This document shows, piece after piece, positions 31,184-41,304 of a stretch of DNA of 64,000 nucleotides. This DNA comes from Candidatus Iainarchaeum sp. (GTDB lineage Archaea > Iainarchaeota > Iainarchaeia > Iainarchaeales > JAAZKV01): contig JAAZKV010000018.1 of NCBI GenBank assembly GCA_012799645.1, positions 41,519 through 105,518 on the forward strand, read 5' to 3'. The translations under genes and the position numbers were made by a program. The first letter of the stretch is position 1. Each line of letters opens with the position of its first letter. The notes under the pieces are model-generated. The model did not search any database. It was not told the origin of the DNA and was given only the letters and a program-made list of their open reading frames with translations.

Positions 31184-31705
31184 ATGAAGCACAAGATTGA
31201 AAAAAATGATTTAACTCAAATTCAATTTTCTGATGAATCTCACGCTCTTCCAATATTGAAGAGTTCTTTAAGAAGGGAATCTCCTAAAAGAAGCAAATTT
31301 AAATTAACTATTAGGAAAGTGAATTTTTCTGATAATCAAGATTTTGATAGCAAAATTGCTTGGATTTGTTCTTCGCTTGGTTTTTTTGAACACATTGATA
31401 AAAACAAAAACGCGGCAGCGATTTTTAAAGAAATATTTTTAGCAACCTCAATGGGACAAGTACTCACAAGCACTACAATTGCTCAAAGAATTGGAATGAG
31501 TAGAGGGAGCACAATTAATCATTTGAATAAACTAGTTAGATCAGGACTAGTAGAAAAAAATGGGAGATATTATTATTCAAGAAATAAAACTATGCAAGGA
31601 ACAATTAATGAAATTGAAGATGATTTGTTGCACATATTTTCCAGAATAAAAAAAATTGCCGAAAACATTGATGCTGAAACCGGAAGCATTATTAGAATGA
31701 AATAA
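31184..31705 (+). CDS. Winged-helix (HTH) transcriptional regulator, divergent from grpE-dnaK
   Basis: TIAQRIGMSRGSTINHLNKLVRSGLVEKNGRYYY is a classic recognition helix plus wing. 173 aa. Confidence 0.45.
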   Translation: MKHKIEKNDLTQIQFSDESHALPILKSSLRRESPKRSKFKLTIRKVNFSDNQDFDSKIAWICSSLGFFEHIDKNKNAAAIFKEIFLATSMGQVLTSTTIAQRIGMSRGSTINHLNKLVRSGLVEKNGRYYYSRNKTMQGTINEIEDDLLHIFSRIKKIAENIDAETGSIIRMK

Positions 31706-31788
31706 ACTTTGTTAATAATAACTAAAAAAGTATTCAATTAAAACCCGAACTAACATTTTTAAATTCTAAAATCATTGTTTTTGTTGAT

Positions 31789-33834
31789 ATGAATAAGAAT
31801 TTGTCTAAATTGTTTTCTCCTAATAGTGTGGCTATTGTTGGGGCGAGTAATACTCCTGGAAAAGTTGGTTACTCCATTTTAAAAAATTTAATTGAAGCAG
31901 AGTTTGTTGGAGAAATTTATCCAATTAATATTAATGATAAAGTGGTTCAAGGAATTAAAGCGCACCATAATTTGGGGGATGTGAAAAAGAATATTGATCT
32001 TGTAATAATTTGTGTTCCTGCTCCTGTTGTTATTAAAGTGATGCAGGATTGTGTAAAAGCCAACATAAAAAATGCGATTATTATTAGTGCAGGTTTTGCC
32101 GAAACTGGAAGCGAAGGAAAAAAATTACAAGAAGAACTTGAAAAAATTGTATCTGAAAACAAAATCAATGTTGTTGGCCCAAATACTTTGGGAATAATTA
32201 ATACAGAAAATGGGCTTAATGCTTCTTTTGCTTCAACATTCCCAAGACAAGGAAATATTGCTATTGTTTCACAATCAGGAGCTCTTTGCACCGCAATTCT
32301 TGATTGGGCAAGACAAGAAAAAGTTGGGTTTAGTAGATTCATTAGCACTGGAAATAAAGCATTTTTATCAGAGAGTGATTATTTTGATTATTTACAACAC
32401 GATCCAAAAACAAAAGCGGTTTTTGTGTATATGGAGTCAATGAAGAACACTAAAAAATTTTTAAAAGAAGCGAGTGAGCTCGCGAAAAGAAAACCAGTGA
32501 TTGTGTTAAAATCAGGGAGAAGTGCTCAAGGACAAAAAGCAGCTTCTTCTCACACCGGAGCACTAAGTGTCGATGATGAAATTTTTTCTATTGCTTGTCA
32601 AAAAACAAATATGATTAGAGTAAATTCAATCGAAGGATTTTTTGATTTAGCAAAAACATTATCAAAAATCAAAAAAATAAAAAAATTTAATTTAGCAGTA
32701 GTAACAAATGCTGGGGGGCCGGGAGTAATTGTCGCGGATAGTGCTTCTGTCCATAATTTTCCACTCCCCGAATTTAGTTCAAAAACTATTAACGCAGTGA
32801 AAGAAATAAATCCACACGCATCAAACCCACTGGATCTAATAGGGGATGCAAAACCAATTGATTATAGAACCGCTCTAAGAGTGTTACAAGATGATTCAGG
32901 AATTGATTTAGTGTATTGTCTTCTGACTCCTCAAAGTATGACTAATCCTGAAAGGGTAGCGGATATTATTATTTCTTTAAATAAAAGAAAACCAATTATT
33001 TGCTCTTTTATTGGAGGAACAAGTGTTTCACACCCAAAAAGATTTTTGAAAGAAAACGGGGTGCTGGAATTTGAAACTCCCGAAAGAGGAATTAAAGCAC
33101 TATCAAGAATTAAAGGGTATTATGAGAGAAAAAATTTGAAAAAAATATTTGATCAAAAAATTACTCCTAACAAAGAAATTAAAAAAACCTTAAAATCAAA
33201 ACCAAAATTAAATTTGAAAGAATCATTTGAGTTGTTGAACAAACACAACATAAAAACCACTCCAACTATTTTTGTCACATCAATAAAAGAAATTGAACAA
33301 AAAATAAATTTAATTAAATTTCCTGTCGCACTAAAAACTGGATCAGGGCTTGCACACAAAACAGATTTTGGTTTAGTTAAAGCGAATATAAAAAATAAAG
33401 AAGAATTAATCAAAGAAGCAGAAAAAATGTTTTTGATTTCTAAAGAAAAAAAATTAGAAGAAATTTTAGCAATACAAGAAATGATACAAGGACAAGAGAT
33501 TTTGGTTTCTTCAATCACTAACGAGTTTGGAAAAATTATTACTTATGGACTTGGAGGAATTTTTGTTGAAATAATGAAGGATGTTTCTCAAAAAATTGCT
33601 CCAATAAACGAATCGGATTTGGAAGAAATGTTTTCAGAAGTAAAAGGAACAAAAGTTCTTCTCGGAGCAAGAACAAAAAAGAAATACAATATTGATTCTT
33701 TAAAAAAATTGATTAAATCAATCTCGGATCTTGCACTAACTTATCCCGAAATTAAAGAAATAGAATTCAACCCAGTGATTGTAACAGAAAATGATTCATT
33801 TGTTGTGGATTGTGTAATCAACACTAATAACTAA
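31789..33834 (+). CDS. acd: Acetyl-CoA synthetase (ADP-forming), fused alpha/beta (NDP-forming acyl-CoA synthetase)
   Basis: N-terminal CoA-binding Rossmann VAIVGASNTPGKVGYSILKNL, succinyl-CoA-synthetase-like ligase domain, and C-terminal ATP-grasp. 681 aa. Confidence 0.75.
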   Translation: MNKNLSKLFSPNSVAIVGASNTPGKVGYSILKNLIEAEFVGEIYPININDKVVQGIKAHHNLGDVKKNIDLVIICVPAPVVIKVMQDCVKANIKNAIIISAGFAETGSEGKKLQEELEKIVSENKINVVGPNTLGIINTENGLNASFASTFPRQGNIAIVSQSGALCTAILDWARQEKVGFSRFISTGNKAFLSESDYFDYLQHDPKTKAVFVYMESMKNTKKFLKEASELAKRKPVIVLKSGRSAQGQKAASSHTGALSVDDEIFSIACQKTNMIRVNSIEGFFDLAKTLSKIKKIKKFNLAVVTNAGGPGVIVADSASVHNFPLPEFSSKTINAVKEINPHASNPLDLIGDAKPIDYRTALRVLQDDSGIDLVYCLLTPQSMTNPERVADIIISLNKRKPIICSFIGGTSVSHPKRFLKENGVLEFETPERGIKALSRIKGYYERKNLKKIFDQKITPNKEIKKTLKSKPKLNLKESFELLNKHNIKTTPTIFVTSIKEIEQKINLIKFPVALKTGSGLAHKTDFGLVKANIKNKEELIKEAEKMFLISKEKKLEEILAIQEMIQGQEILVSSITNEFGKIITYGLGGIFVEIMKDVSQKIAPINESDLEEMFSEVKGTKVLLGARTKKKYNIDSLKKLIKSISDLALTYPEIKEIEFNPVIVTENDSFVVDCVINTNN

Positions 33835-33966
33835 GCACCCCCAAATAAATTCAAACAATTTTAAATAATTTTAAACAATTTAAAATAATTTTAAACAATT
33901 TCGAGCAATTTTGAACAATTATTCTAACCAACAATCATAATAATATTTTCTATAATTAATTTTTTT

Positions 33967-34923
33967 ATGAATAAAATTGGTTCAATTAAAGTTCCGAACG
34001 GAGCACTCTTGGCCCCAATGGCTGATTACACCAATGTTGCTTTTCGTACGCTTTGTAAAAAATATGGCGCTTCTTTAGTTTATACTGAACTTGTTTCTGT
34101 TAAGGGTTTGATTCACAAAAACAAAAAAATACCAAAATTACTTAATGTTAGTGGGGAAGAAAAACCGGTTTTTTTACAATTGTTTGGAAATGATCCAATT
34201 GATTTTGAAAAAGCAATTAATTTTGTTGAAAAAAATAATTCAGAAAATTTTGTTGGATATGATTTGAACGCAGGGTGCAGTGTTCCTAAAGCAAAAAAAG
34301 GAAAATACGGATCATATTTGTTGGATTACCCGAAATTAGTTAGGAATATTATAAAAAAAATGAAAAATTCCACTAATAAACCTGTTACGCTCAAAATGAG
34401 GTTGGGTTTAAGTGATGAAACTTTTTTAGAATGTGCAAAAGAAGCTGAAAGTGCAGGAGTTGATGCTATTTGCTTACACGCAAGATTTGGAAATGATGGG
34501 TATAGTGGGAAAGCAGATTGGAAAAAAATTCATGAACTAAAAAACAAAATTAATGTTCCAATAATTGGGAATGGGGATATTTTTTCTGTTAAAGATGCTC
34601 TTGAAATGAAAAAACAGACAAATTGTGATTTTGTTATGATTGGGAGAGCAAGTATGGGTAATGCTTTTATTTTCAAACAAACAAAAGAAGGATTGTTGAA
34701 AAAGAAAATTAGTGAAAGAACATTTAAAGAAAAACTTGTTGAAGCAAAAAAATTTATTGAATTGAGCAAAAAATTTAATCTTGAAATTAATAGTGTTAAA
34801 GGTTATTTTATTAGTTGGGTGAAGGGAGAAAAAAACGCGCCAAAATTAAGGAATGAAATTGTTATGACCAAAAGTTATGAGGAGCTTGAAAAAATTATTG
34901 AAAAAATAAAACAAACAAAATAA
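33967..34923 (+). CDS. dus: tRNA-dihydrouridine synthase (Dus family, FMN TIM barrel)
   Basis: LAPMADYTNVAFRTLCKKYGASLVYTELVS, DLNAGCSVPK, and GNGDIFS motifs. Confidence 0.7.
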   Translation: MNKIGSIKVPNGALLAPMADYTNVAFRTLCKKYGASLVYTELVSVKGLIHKNKKIPKLLNVSGEEKPVFLQLFGNDPIDFEKAINFVEKNNSENFVGYDLNAGCSVPKAKKGKYGSYLLDYPKLVRNIIKKMKNSTNKPVTLKMRLGLSDETFLECAKEAESAGVDAICLHARFGNDGYSGKADWKKIHELKNKINVPIIGNGDIFSVKDALEMKKQTNCDFVMIGRASMGNAFIFKQTKEGLLKKKISERTFKEKLVEAKKFIELSKKFNLEINSVKGYFISWVKGEKNAPKLRNEIVMTKSYEELEKIIEKIKQTK

Positions 34924-34928
34924 TTTTC

Positions 34929-35081
34929 TTATTCTTCAGCGTATACTCTTCTTGGCGGAGTTGGTTTTTTGATAAAAGCTAAATTTGATTGTTTAAATTT
35001 ATTTTTGCATTTATCTGAACAAAATTTTGGATCTTCTTTTACTTCAAAAATCATTCCACAAGAGGCACATATTTTTTTCAT
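34929..35081 (-). CDS. Possible 50-aa zinc-ribbon protein (MKKICASCG...CSDKC); absent from the ORF track
   Basis: CxxC...CxxxC spacing in a short ORF within a 295-bp gap; weak. Confidence 0.25.
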   Translation of the reverse strand: MKKICASCGMIFEVKEDPKFCSDKCKNKFKQSNLAFIKKPTPPRRVYAEE

Positions 35082-35218
35082 TTATCCCACCATTTTCCAC
35101 TAGTAAAATATTGTGGAGCAATATTTACGCGTAGTACATAGAGGAGTAAAGAACTTCTTTTAAATTGTGCGAAAGGTTATTAAAAAAGATATTTAAACTT
35201 TAAAGTTATTCTTTTGGT

Positions 35219-35935
35219 ATGACATTGGATAATAAATTAGATAAAAAGATTGAAATAAAATCTTTAATTCAACCTAAAACAAAATTGGATAAAGTGGATC
35301 CAAAAGAGAAGGAGATTAAGAAAAAAATTCTTAGTGATGCTGAAAAGTGGTTGAAAAAAAAACAAAATTTCTTAAAACTTTCACAAATCACTTTAACTCT
35401 TGACAAATATGGTGATATTTTTTCGGATTTTGATCCACGATCTTATATTGAGAGAGCATTATCTATTGATTTTTTATCAGAAATAAGGAGAGCGAGTAGA
35501 GAGAAACCTAACGGAGTAATTGAGTTAAAAATGTTGATTCCTAAAAAAGTTAGAAATCAAAAAGATGAAGCATTAATTATTAAGAGATTAAAAAATCATT
35601 TCAAAAGACATTTTGAACGACTCCAAAGTGATGTTAAAAGATTAAAAAAAGTCGGAGCACTAATGGTAGGAATTGGTTTTTTGATAGGAGTGCTTGTTGT
35701 GTTAGTGCTTGAAAATGTAACACACAATGTGGATCATTCAATGTTTTTTCAAAACCCATTACTTTGGTTAGTAATGATTTTTCCTAGCGTGATTTTGGTG
35801 TTAATGGAACCAGCATCTTGGTTTTTGATTTGGGAAGGAATGAACAAACTTGTTTTTGATTGGAGAGTAAAACAACCAGATCTTGAATTTTATGAAAAAA
35901 TGACTAAATGTGATATTGTTTTTGAAGAATACTAA
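35219..35935 (+). CDS. Hypothetical membrane protein (2-3 TM in the C-terminal half)
   Basis: Basic soluble N-terminal half, then hydrophobic segments GALMVGIGFLIGVLVVLVL and LLWLVMIFPSVILVLM. Confidence 0.4.
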   Translation: MTLDNKLDKKIEIKSLIQPKTKLDKVDPKEKEIKKKILSDAEKWLKKKQNFLKLSQITLTLDKYGDIFSDFDPRSYIERALSIDFLSEIRRASREKPNGVIELKMLIPKKVRNQKDEALIIKRLKNHFKRHFERLQSDVKRLKKVGALMVGIGFLIGVLVVLVLENVTHNVDHSMFFQNPLLWLVMIFPSVILVLMEPASWFLIWEGMNKLVFDWRVKQPDLEFYEKMTKCDIVFEEY

Positions 35936-36035
35936 AAAATCAAAACAACAAAAAAATTAAATGAGAACAAAACAAAAAAATAATTTTGAAAAAGAATTAG
36001 TCTAATTTTTTTTTGAAAAAAAATCAAAATTGAGT

Positions 36036-36539
36036 TTATTGGTTTGATTCTTGAATATTTTCTTGTGTTTTTTCTTCACTATTTTCTTCTTGAACTGATT
36101 TAGCACTATCTTCATCACTAATTTCATTATCAGGATTAGTTTCATTATTAGTGCTTATCTCATTGTCAGGGTTAGCATCAATTTTTGGTTCAACATTAGT
36201 TTCATTAGTAGTGGTGTTTTCATTAGTGTTTTCATCATTAATATCATCATTAATATCATCATTAGTATCATCATTAGCAACAGCATTAGCGACATTATTA
36301 GTGTCATCACCAGTAGTAGTATTTTCAATATTTGTTTCTTCAGTTTTTGTTTCGTTTTCTTCTTCGATTTCGCTAGGTTTTGGTTTCTTTAATCCTTCAG
36401 TTTTCGGACAAGTTCTACACATAGAATCCATTAAAGATGGTTCTTCTGGACAATCAGGGTAAAGTCCTTTACATTTAGGGAATTCACCAGCTAAAGATAT
36501 TACTGATTCGTTTGCTGTTTTAAATCTTCTTTGCATCAA
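36036..36539 (-). CDS. Hypothetical protein with an N-terminal Cys-cluster (C-x5-C...C-x2-C) and a long acidic D/N/T/E-rich repetitive tail
   Basis: ...FPKCKGLYPDCPEEPSLMDSMCRTCPKTEG..., followed by about 100 aa of NDD(I/T)N repeats. DNA tandem repeats at about 36190-36300. Confidence 0.4.
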   Translation of the reverse strand: MMQRRFKTANESVISLAGEFPKCKGLYPDCPEEPSLMDSMCRTCPKTEGLKKPKPSEIEEENETKTEETNIENTTTGDDTNNVANAVANDDTNDDINDDINDENTNENTTTNETNVEPKIDANPDNEISTNNETNPDNEISDEDSAKSVQEENSEEKTQENIQESNQ

Positions 36540-36703
36540 AAACCACCTTTAATTATTAAAGAAAACAAATTATTAAAAACCCACTTTTTTTGTAAAAAAA
36601 TATTTATTTTCTTTTTTGTATTTATTTTCTTTGTATATTTTTTTTAGTTATTTTAATTATTTTATTTTTATATTTATTTTATTTTTTTAATTATTTTTTA
36701 TTT

Positions 36704-37474
36704 TTATATTTTTTTTATTGGTAAATTGGTTTTTTGACAAAGTTCCATCACTTTTTGTTTAAATTTTTTAAGCCCTTTCCAATCCAAAACAATCAATTTT
36801 GCTCCACTTTTAGAAATCATTTGTTCTAATAATTCAAAATCAAGATTTTCTAAATTATACTCTGGGCAAATGTGTCCAATTGAATAATTTTCTCTAATCA
36901 CAAATTTTGTAAAATTATTAGCATAATGAATTCCACCAACCCCAATAGCTATTGTGTCATTATTTTCAATCAAAGTTGAATTTATTACAATTTCTGCAAT
37001 TAATTTTCCTAAAAAATTATTTTTCCACTCAATTATTGAACTTCCAATTTCAATAAAAACAACATTTTTTTCTGTATGTGGTCCGTGGTGAGTAACCTCA
37101 AAACAAATCTCAAAATCATTCAAATTATTTTCTCCATTTTTTAGTTTTTCTTTTTCACGAATCAATGCACGAATATAATTAGTTCCAATTTTTGCAAGTG
37201 CTCCGCAAAGCTTTTTTTCTTCACCACCAAATTTGGCTTCTCCAAAATTACCAATATAATGCACAGTGAGTGATTTTTTTTCAGCTTTGCTTTCGTGTTT
37301 TGATAAAACAACTATATTATTTTCTTTAACTTTATTTAATGATAAAAATATGGTGTCCTCTTTAAATTCGTAAAAATTCGCCCAACTTGGAACACCAATT
37401 CTTTTCAAGTGGTTCGCAATATTAACACTAGCTTCATCTTCTAAAGCACAAACAATAGCAATTTTTTCAGCCAT
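36704..37474 (-). CDS. dtdA: Probable archaeal-type D-aminoacyl-tRNA deacylase (DtdA, PF04414-like)
   Basis: 256 aa. N-terminus IAIVCALEDEASVNIANHL and central EVTHHGPH resemble DtdA motifs as recalled; not verified. Confidence 0.4.
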   Translation of the reverse strand: MAEKIAIVCALEDEASVNIANHLKRIGVPSWANFYEFKEDTIFLSLNKVKENNIVVLSKHESKAEKKSLTVHYIGNFGEAKFGGEEKKLCGALAKIGTNYIRALIREKEKLKNGENNLNDFEICFEVTHHGPHTEKNVVFIEIGSSIIEWKNNFLGKLIAEIVINSTLIENNDTIAIGVGGIHYANNFTKFVIRENYSIGHICPEYNLENLDFELLEQMISKSGAKLIVLDWKGLKKFKQKVMELCQKTNLPIKKI

Positions 37475-37575
37475 AATTACTCTATTGGCGGATAACTTTA
37501 AGTAGTTTTTTAAATGTTAAGAAATACAAGATTTCTAATTAAATTGATTTTTTAATCAAAAAAAGGTGATATAAA

Positions 37576-37728
37576 ATGGTAGTAGAGTATGGAGAATTCA
37601 AAGGAAACAAAATGATAATCCTAAAAAGAAACGAAAATGATAACTTCCCATTCCAATTCGGAAAAGGAAAAGCAAGATTAATAGTAGAAAATATGGATGC
37701 AATAAAAGCATTTGCAGAAGAAGAATAA
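37576..37728 (+). CDS. PC4/YdbC-like small ssDNA-binding protein (50 aa); missed by the ORF track, which shows an antisense ORF at 37539-37733 instead
   Basis: MVVEYGEFKGNKMIILKRNENDNFPFQFGKGKARLIVENMDAIKAFAEEE fits the PC4 pattern (sefKGk.lvdIRe.ye.dg...p.kKGisL..eq...l). Followed by a hairpin plus T-tract. Confidence 0.45.
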   Translation: MVVEYGEFKGNKMIILKRNENDNFPFQFGKGKARLIVENMDAIKAFAEEE

Positions 37729-37768
37729 AACAATTTTTATAGTTTCATTTTCTATTTTTATTTCTAAA

Positions 37769-37808
37769 CACTGCCCACAAAGTAGGGCAGTGAATTGTCT
37801 TATTTTTT
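37769..37808 (+). terminator. Hairpin CACTGCCC-N8-GGGCAGTG followed by a T6 tract
   Basis: Perfect 8-bp GC-rich stem at 37769-37776 / 37785-37792, unusual in this AT-rich DNA. TTTTTT at 37803-37808, downstream of the PC4-like ORF. Confidence 0.45.
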
Positions 37809-37881
37809 AATTTTCAATTCATTTTTTGTTCTTTAATTATTTTTTCTTTAATTATTTTTTCCTAAACACTATTTTTTGTTT

Positions 37882-38808
37882 TTAAAATAAGGTGTCAAAC
37901 ATTTTTTTTCCGTTTGATTCTGTTAAATATTTCCATCTTTCGTCAACGTATTGTTGTATTTTTGCGTTAATTTCTGGAGTAATGTGTTTGAATCTTCCTT
38001 GCATTTTTAAATAATTTTCTATTGGCTTTTTTTCTGTGGGTGTGTGGTTTAGTTTTAGTACTCCGTTTTCTATTTCATATATTGGGTAAGCGCATGTTTC
38101 TAACGCCATTTTTGATACATCAATTGTACTTGATGAATCTATTTTCCATCCTGGAATACAAGGCACGAATACTGAAATGTATGATGGGCCTTCTGTCACC
38201 AGTGCTTTTTGTACTTTGTTTTTTAGATCAAATAAATTTGCTACATTTGCTGTTGCTACATATTTTGCTCCGTGTGCTGCTATAATGAATGGGAGTGGTT
38301 TTTTTGGTTGTGATTTTCCAGGTATTACTTTTCCGCTTGGGGATGTTGTTGTTGCTGCAAAAGGGAATGTTGCTCCGCTTCTTTGTATTCCTGTGTTTTG
38401 GTAGGCTTCATTGTCTGTTGATATGTACAATATTTTGTGTCCTCTTTCTACTGCTCCGCTTATTGATCCAAAACCAATGTCAAACATTGCTCCGTCTCCA
38501 CCAATTGCTATAACATTTGTGGTTGTGTTTCCTTTTGTTTGTAGTGCTGTTTTTACTCCACTAGCTACTGCTGCTGCGTTTTCGAATGCACAATGCACCC
38601 AAGGTAGTTCCCACGCAGTTTCTGGATATGGGGTTGATACTACTTCCATGCATCCTGTTGCCATTACTATTATTGTGTCTTCTCCTGCAGCTTTTAGTAT
38701 GTGTCTTATTGCTAGTGCTTCTCCACACCCCGCACAAGATCTGTGGCCGCTTGCAAAAAACTCTTTTTCTTCTAAACCAAGTATCGCCATAAAAACCAAC
38801 TCAACCAT
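37882..38808 (-). CDS. porB: Pyruvate/2-oxoacid:ferredoxin oxidoreductase beta subunit (TPP-binding)
   Basis: CAGCGEALAIRH..., TPP motif GGDGAMFDIGFGSISGA. Confidence 0.85.
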   Translation of the reverse strand: MVELVFMAILGLEEKEFFASGHRSCAGCGEALAIRHILKAAGEDTIIVMATGCMEVVSTPYPETAWELPWVHCAFENAAAVASGVKTALQTKGNTTTNVIAIGGDGAMFDIGFGSISGAVERGHKILYISTDNEAYQNTGIQRSGATFPFAATTTSPSGKVIPGKSQPKKPLPFIIAAHGAKYVATANVANLFDLKNKVQKALVTEGPSYISVFVPCIPGWKIDSSSTIDVSKMALETCAYPIYEIENGVLKLNHTPTEKKPIENYLKMQGRFKHITPEINAKIQQYVDERWKYLTESNGKKMFDTLF

Positions 38809-38861
38809 ATAACCAAATCAATAATCAACCCAACAACCAACCCAATAATTAACTTAATTAT

Positions 38862-40016
38862 TTATTTTAACCAAACTCCTTCTTCTCCTTTTTCAATTAT
38901 TTCAAATGCTTTTTTTATCATTTCTCTACTAATATCTCTTCCACCCAGTCCTGCAATGAATCCAGCCACTTTTGTGTTTTCTTCTTTTAGTGTAGCTTTG
39001 ATTTCTGTAAATAGTGGTCCTTCGGAACCAATCGAAATATGTCTATCTATTACTCCTAAGTTTTTTATTTTTTTTGTCGCTTTTATTATTTCTTCTTTTG
39101 GAAAAGGTCTTACTGATTTTATTCTAATTATCCCTGCTTTTTTTCCTTCTTTTCTTAATTCTTCTAGCACCATTCTTGCTGTTCCTGTTGTTCCACCCAC
39201 TGTTACGAGAGCATATTCTGCATCTTGCATATTGATTAGTTCTATTAATCCGCCCCCATATTCTCTTCCAAATGTTGTTGCGAATTCTTTGTGAACATTT
39301 TGTATTTCTTTTAGTGCTTCTTTCATTGCTTCTTGTTCCGCTTCTTTGAATTCAAAGTAAGTGTTGGGTTGTGCGAAAGCTCCGAATGTTTTTGGGTTTT
39401 TTGGATCAAGGTAGTGTCGGGGTTTGTATTCTGGTAAAAATAAATCAACTTTGTTTTGATCTTCAATTATTACTGGTTCGTAAACGTGAGTTAGAGAAAA
39501 TCCATCAATGCAAACCATTACAGGTAATAATACATTGTTTTTTTCCGCGATTTTGTAAGCCATTATTGTAGTGTCAAATGCTTCTTGCACATCTTCACAA
39601 TATAATTGTATCCACCCTTGATCTCTTTCACTCATTGCATCAGAGTGATCATTCCAAATATTTAGTGGCCCTGATAGTGCTCTGTTCGCTACCACCATTA
39701 CTGCTGGCATTCTTGATCCTGCAACGATAGGAATTATTTCATGCATTAAAGCTAATCCTTGTGATGCTGTTGCTGTGAATGTTCTTACTCCTGCAGCGTA
39801 TGCTCCGTAAAGTGCACTTATTGCGGAGTGTTCACTTTCAACATGAATTAATTGAGCATCCATTTCTCCGTTCGCAATAAATTCTGATAATTTTTCTGGA
39901 ATTAAAGTGCTGGGAGTGATTGGATACATTGGAAGCACTTTTGGTTTGCAGAGTTTTACTGCTTGCGCAACCGCATCAGAACCTGAAATCACTTTTTTTT
40001 CTGACATAAAAACCAA
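38862..40016 (-). CDS. porA: Pyruvate/2-oxoacid:ferredoxin oxidoreductase alpha subunit
   Basis: 384 aa PorA-type with GSDAVAQAVKLCKPKV..YPITPST. Confidence 0.85.
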   Translation of the reverse strand: MVFMSEKKVISGSDAVAQAVKLCKPKVLPMYPITPSTLIPEKLSEFIANGEMDAQLIHVESEHSAISALYGAYAAGVRTFTATASQGLALMHEIIPIVAGSRMPAVMVVANRALSGPLNIWNDHSDAMSERDQGWIQLYCEDVQEAFDTTIMAYKIAEKNNVLLPVMVCIDGFSLTHVYEPVIIEDQNKVDLFLPEYKPRHYLDPKNPKTFGAFAQPNTYFEFKEAEQEAMKEALKEIQNVHKEFATTFGREYGGGLIELINMQDAEYALVTVGGTTGTARMVLEELRKEGKKAGIIRIKSVRPFPKEEIIKATKKIKNLGVIDRHISIGSEGPLFTEIKATLKEENTKVAGFIAGLGGRDISREMIKKAFEIIEKGEEGVWLK

Positions 40017-40212
40017 AACCCATTTTTATTTTTCATTTATTGTTTTTCATTTATTGTTTTATCTTTTCAATTTTTTAATTTTTTCACCTAGTTTAATTTT
40101 TATTTTCATTTTTTAAATTTTTTATTTTTTTTGTTTAACATAATTCAAATTTTATTTTTCATTTTTTTTGTTTTTTTACTTTTTATTATTTTCTTTTTTC
40201 AATTTTTTTTAT

Positions 40213-40536
40213 TTATTTCTCCTCTATTTTGTATTGGATGCATTTCACGGGGCATTCTTTTGCGCAAATTAAACATCCTTTGCAGTAATCGTAATTTATT
40301 TGGAATTTTCCTTCTTTGTCTTTGTATATTGCTCCGTCAGGACAATTAAGCCAACATTTTCCGCACTTTATGCATTTTTCTTGGTTTAGTTCTGGTATGT
40401 ATGTTCTCCAATCCCCTGTTTTGTATTTTTTTGTTGAACCTGGTTCTAAAACCATTGCTCCAACTGTTAGTGGGATTCCACACTTTGATTTTTTTTCAAA
40501 ATCTTTTGTGTTTTTTTCTTCACTCATAAAAATCAC
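40213..40536 (-). CDS. porD: POR delta subunit (2x[4Fe-4S] ferredoxin)
   Basis: CIKCGKCWLNCP and CKGCLICAKECP. Confidence 0.85.
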   Translation of the reverse strand: MIFMSEEKNTKDFEKKSKCGIPLTVGAMVLEPGSTKKYKTGDWRTYIPELNQEKCIKCGKCWLNCPDGAIYKDKEGKFQINYDYCKGCLICAKECPVKCIQYKIEEK

Positions 40537-40557
40537 GAACTAAATTTTAAACAAATT

Positions 40558-41124
40558 TTAATTATTTTTTTGTGAATCTTCATAGACTTGTTTTATTGCA
40601 GCTAGATTTTTTTCTAGTATTGGTCCTTTTGATCCCATTTGTTGTTTGATCGCGTTTTCTAGTGCTTCAATACTCACTTCTTTTGTTAATGCACTGAATG
40701 CTCCTAGTGATGCAATATTAACGAATGGTTTTCCTATTTTTTCTAGTGCTACTTTTGATATATCTACGCATTTTATTTTTGCTTTTGTTTCAATTTTGAA
40801 TTCTTCAGGTTTTTTGTTTGAATTAATTATTATTAAATCAGTAATGTTTTCTGTTAATCCACTAATTAGTGTTGCGTCAAGCACTATTGCATAATTGGCT
40901 TTGTAAACTTGTTCTCTAAGAGTTATTTTTTTGTCATCAATTCTTGCATAACTTCTAACCGGCGCTCCTGTTCTTTCAACCCCAAAATTTGGGAACGCTT
41001 GTGAGTGTTTTCCGTCCAAGAATGCAGCTATTGCTAAAACTTGCGAGCTTGTAACAGCTCCTTGCCCCCCTCTCCCAAGCACTATTATTTGTTTCATACA
41101 AATCAATATCCAATCAACATCCAA
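40558..41124 (-). CDS. porG: POR gamma subunit
   Basis: IVLGRGGQGAVTSSQVLA; 188 aa. porG-porD-porA-porB order on the minus strand. Confidence 0.8.
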   Translation of the reverse strand: MDVDWILICMKQIIVLGRGGQGAVTSSQVLAIAAFLDGKHSQAFPNFGVERTGAPVRSYARIDDKKITLREQVYKANYAIVLDATLISGLTENITDLIIINSNKKPEEFKIETKAKIKCVDISKVALEKIGKPFVNIASLGAFSALTKEVSIEALENAIKQQMGSKGPILEKNLAAIKQVYEDSQKNN

Positions 41125-41304
41125 TCAACATTCAAATCAATATTCAAATCAAAAAATATTTAGTTGATTTAATTTTATTTGATTAATTTATTTAGTTATT
41201 TATAAAGAAAAATTGACAACAAATGTTTAAAAACCGAATTAACGAAGAAGAGTTCGTCAATTGTACGAACAATTTTTGTTTTTTTTTGTTTTATTTTTTG
41301 TAAA

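Noticed and set aside
37539-37733. 64-aa minus-strand ORF from the track
   Set aside because: The + strand at the same locus encodes a PC4-like peptide with a recognisable fold signature and a downstream terminator; the minus ORF product is a hydrophobic artefact.
38022-38812. Cluster of + strand ORFs (74-133 aa) inside porB
   Set aside because: They are antisense to the POR beta gene, which has a TPP-binding motif.
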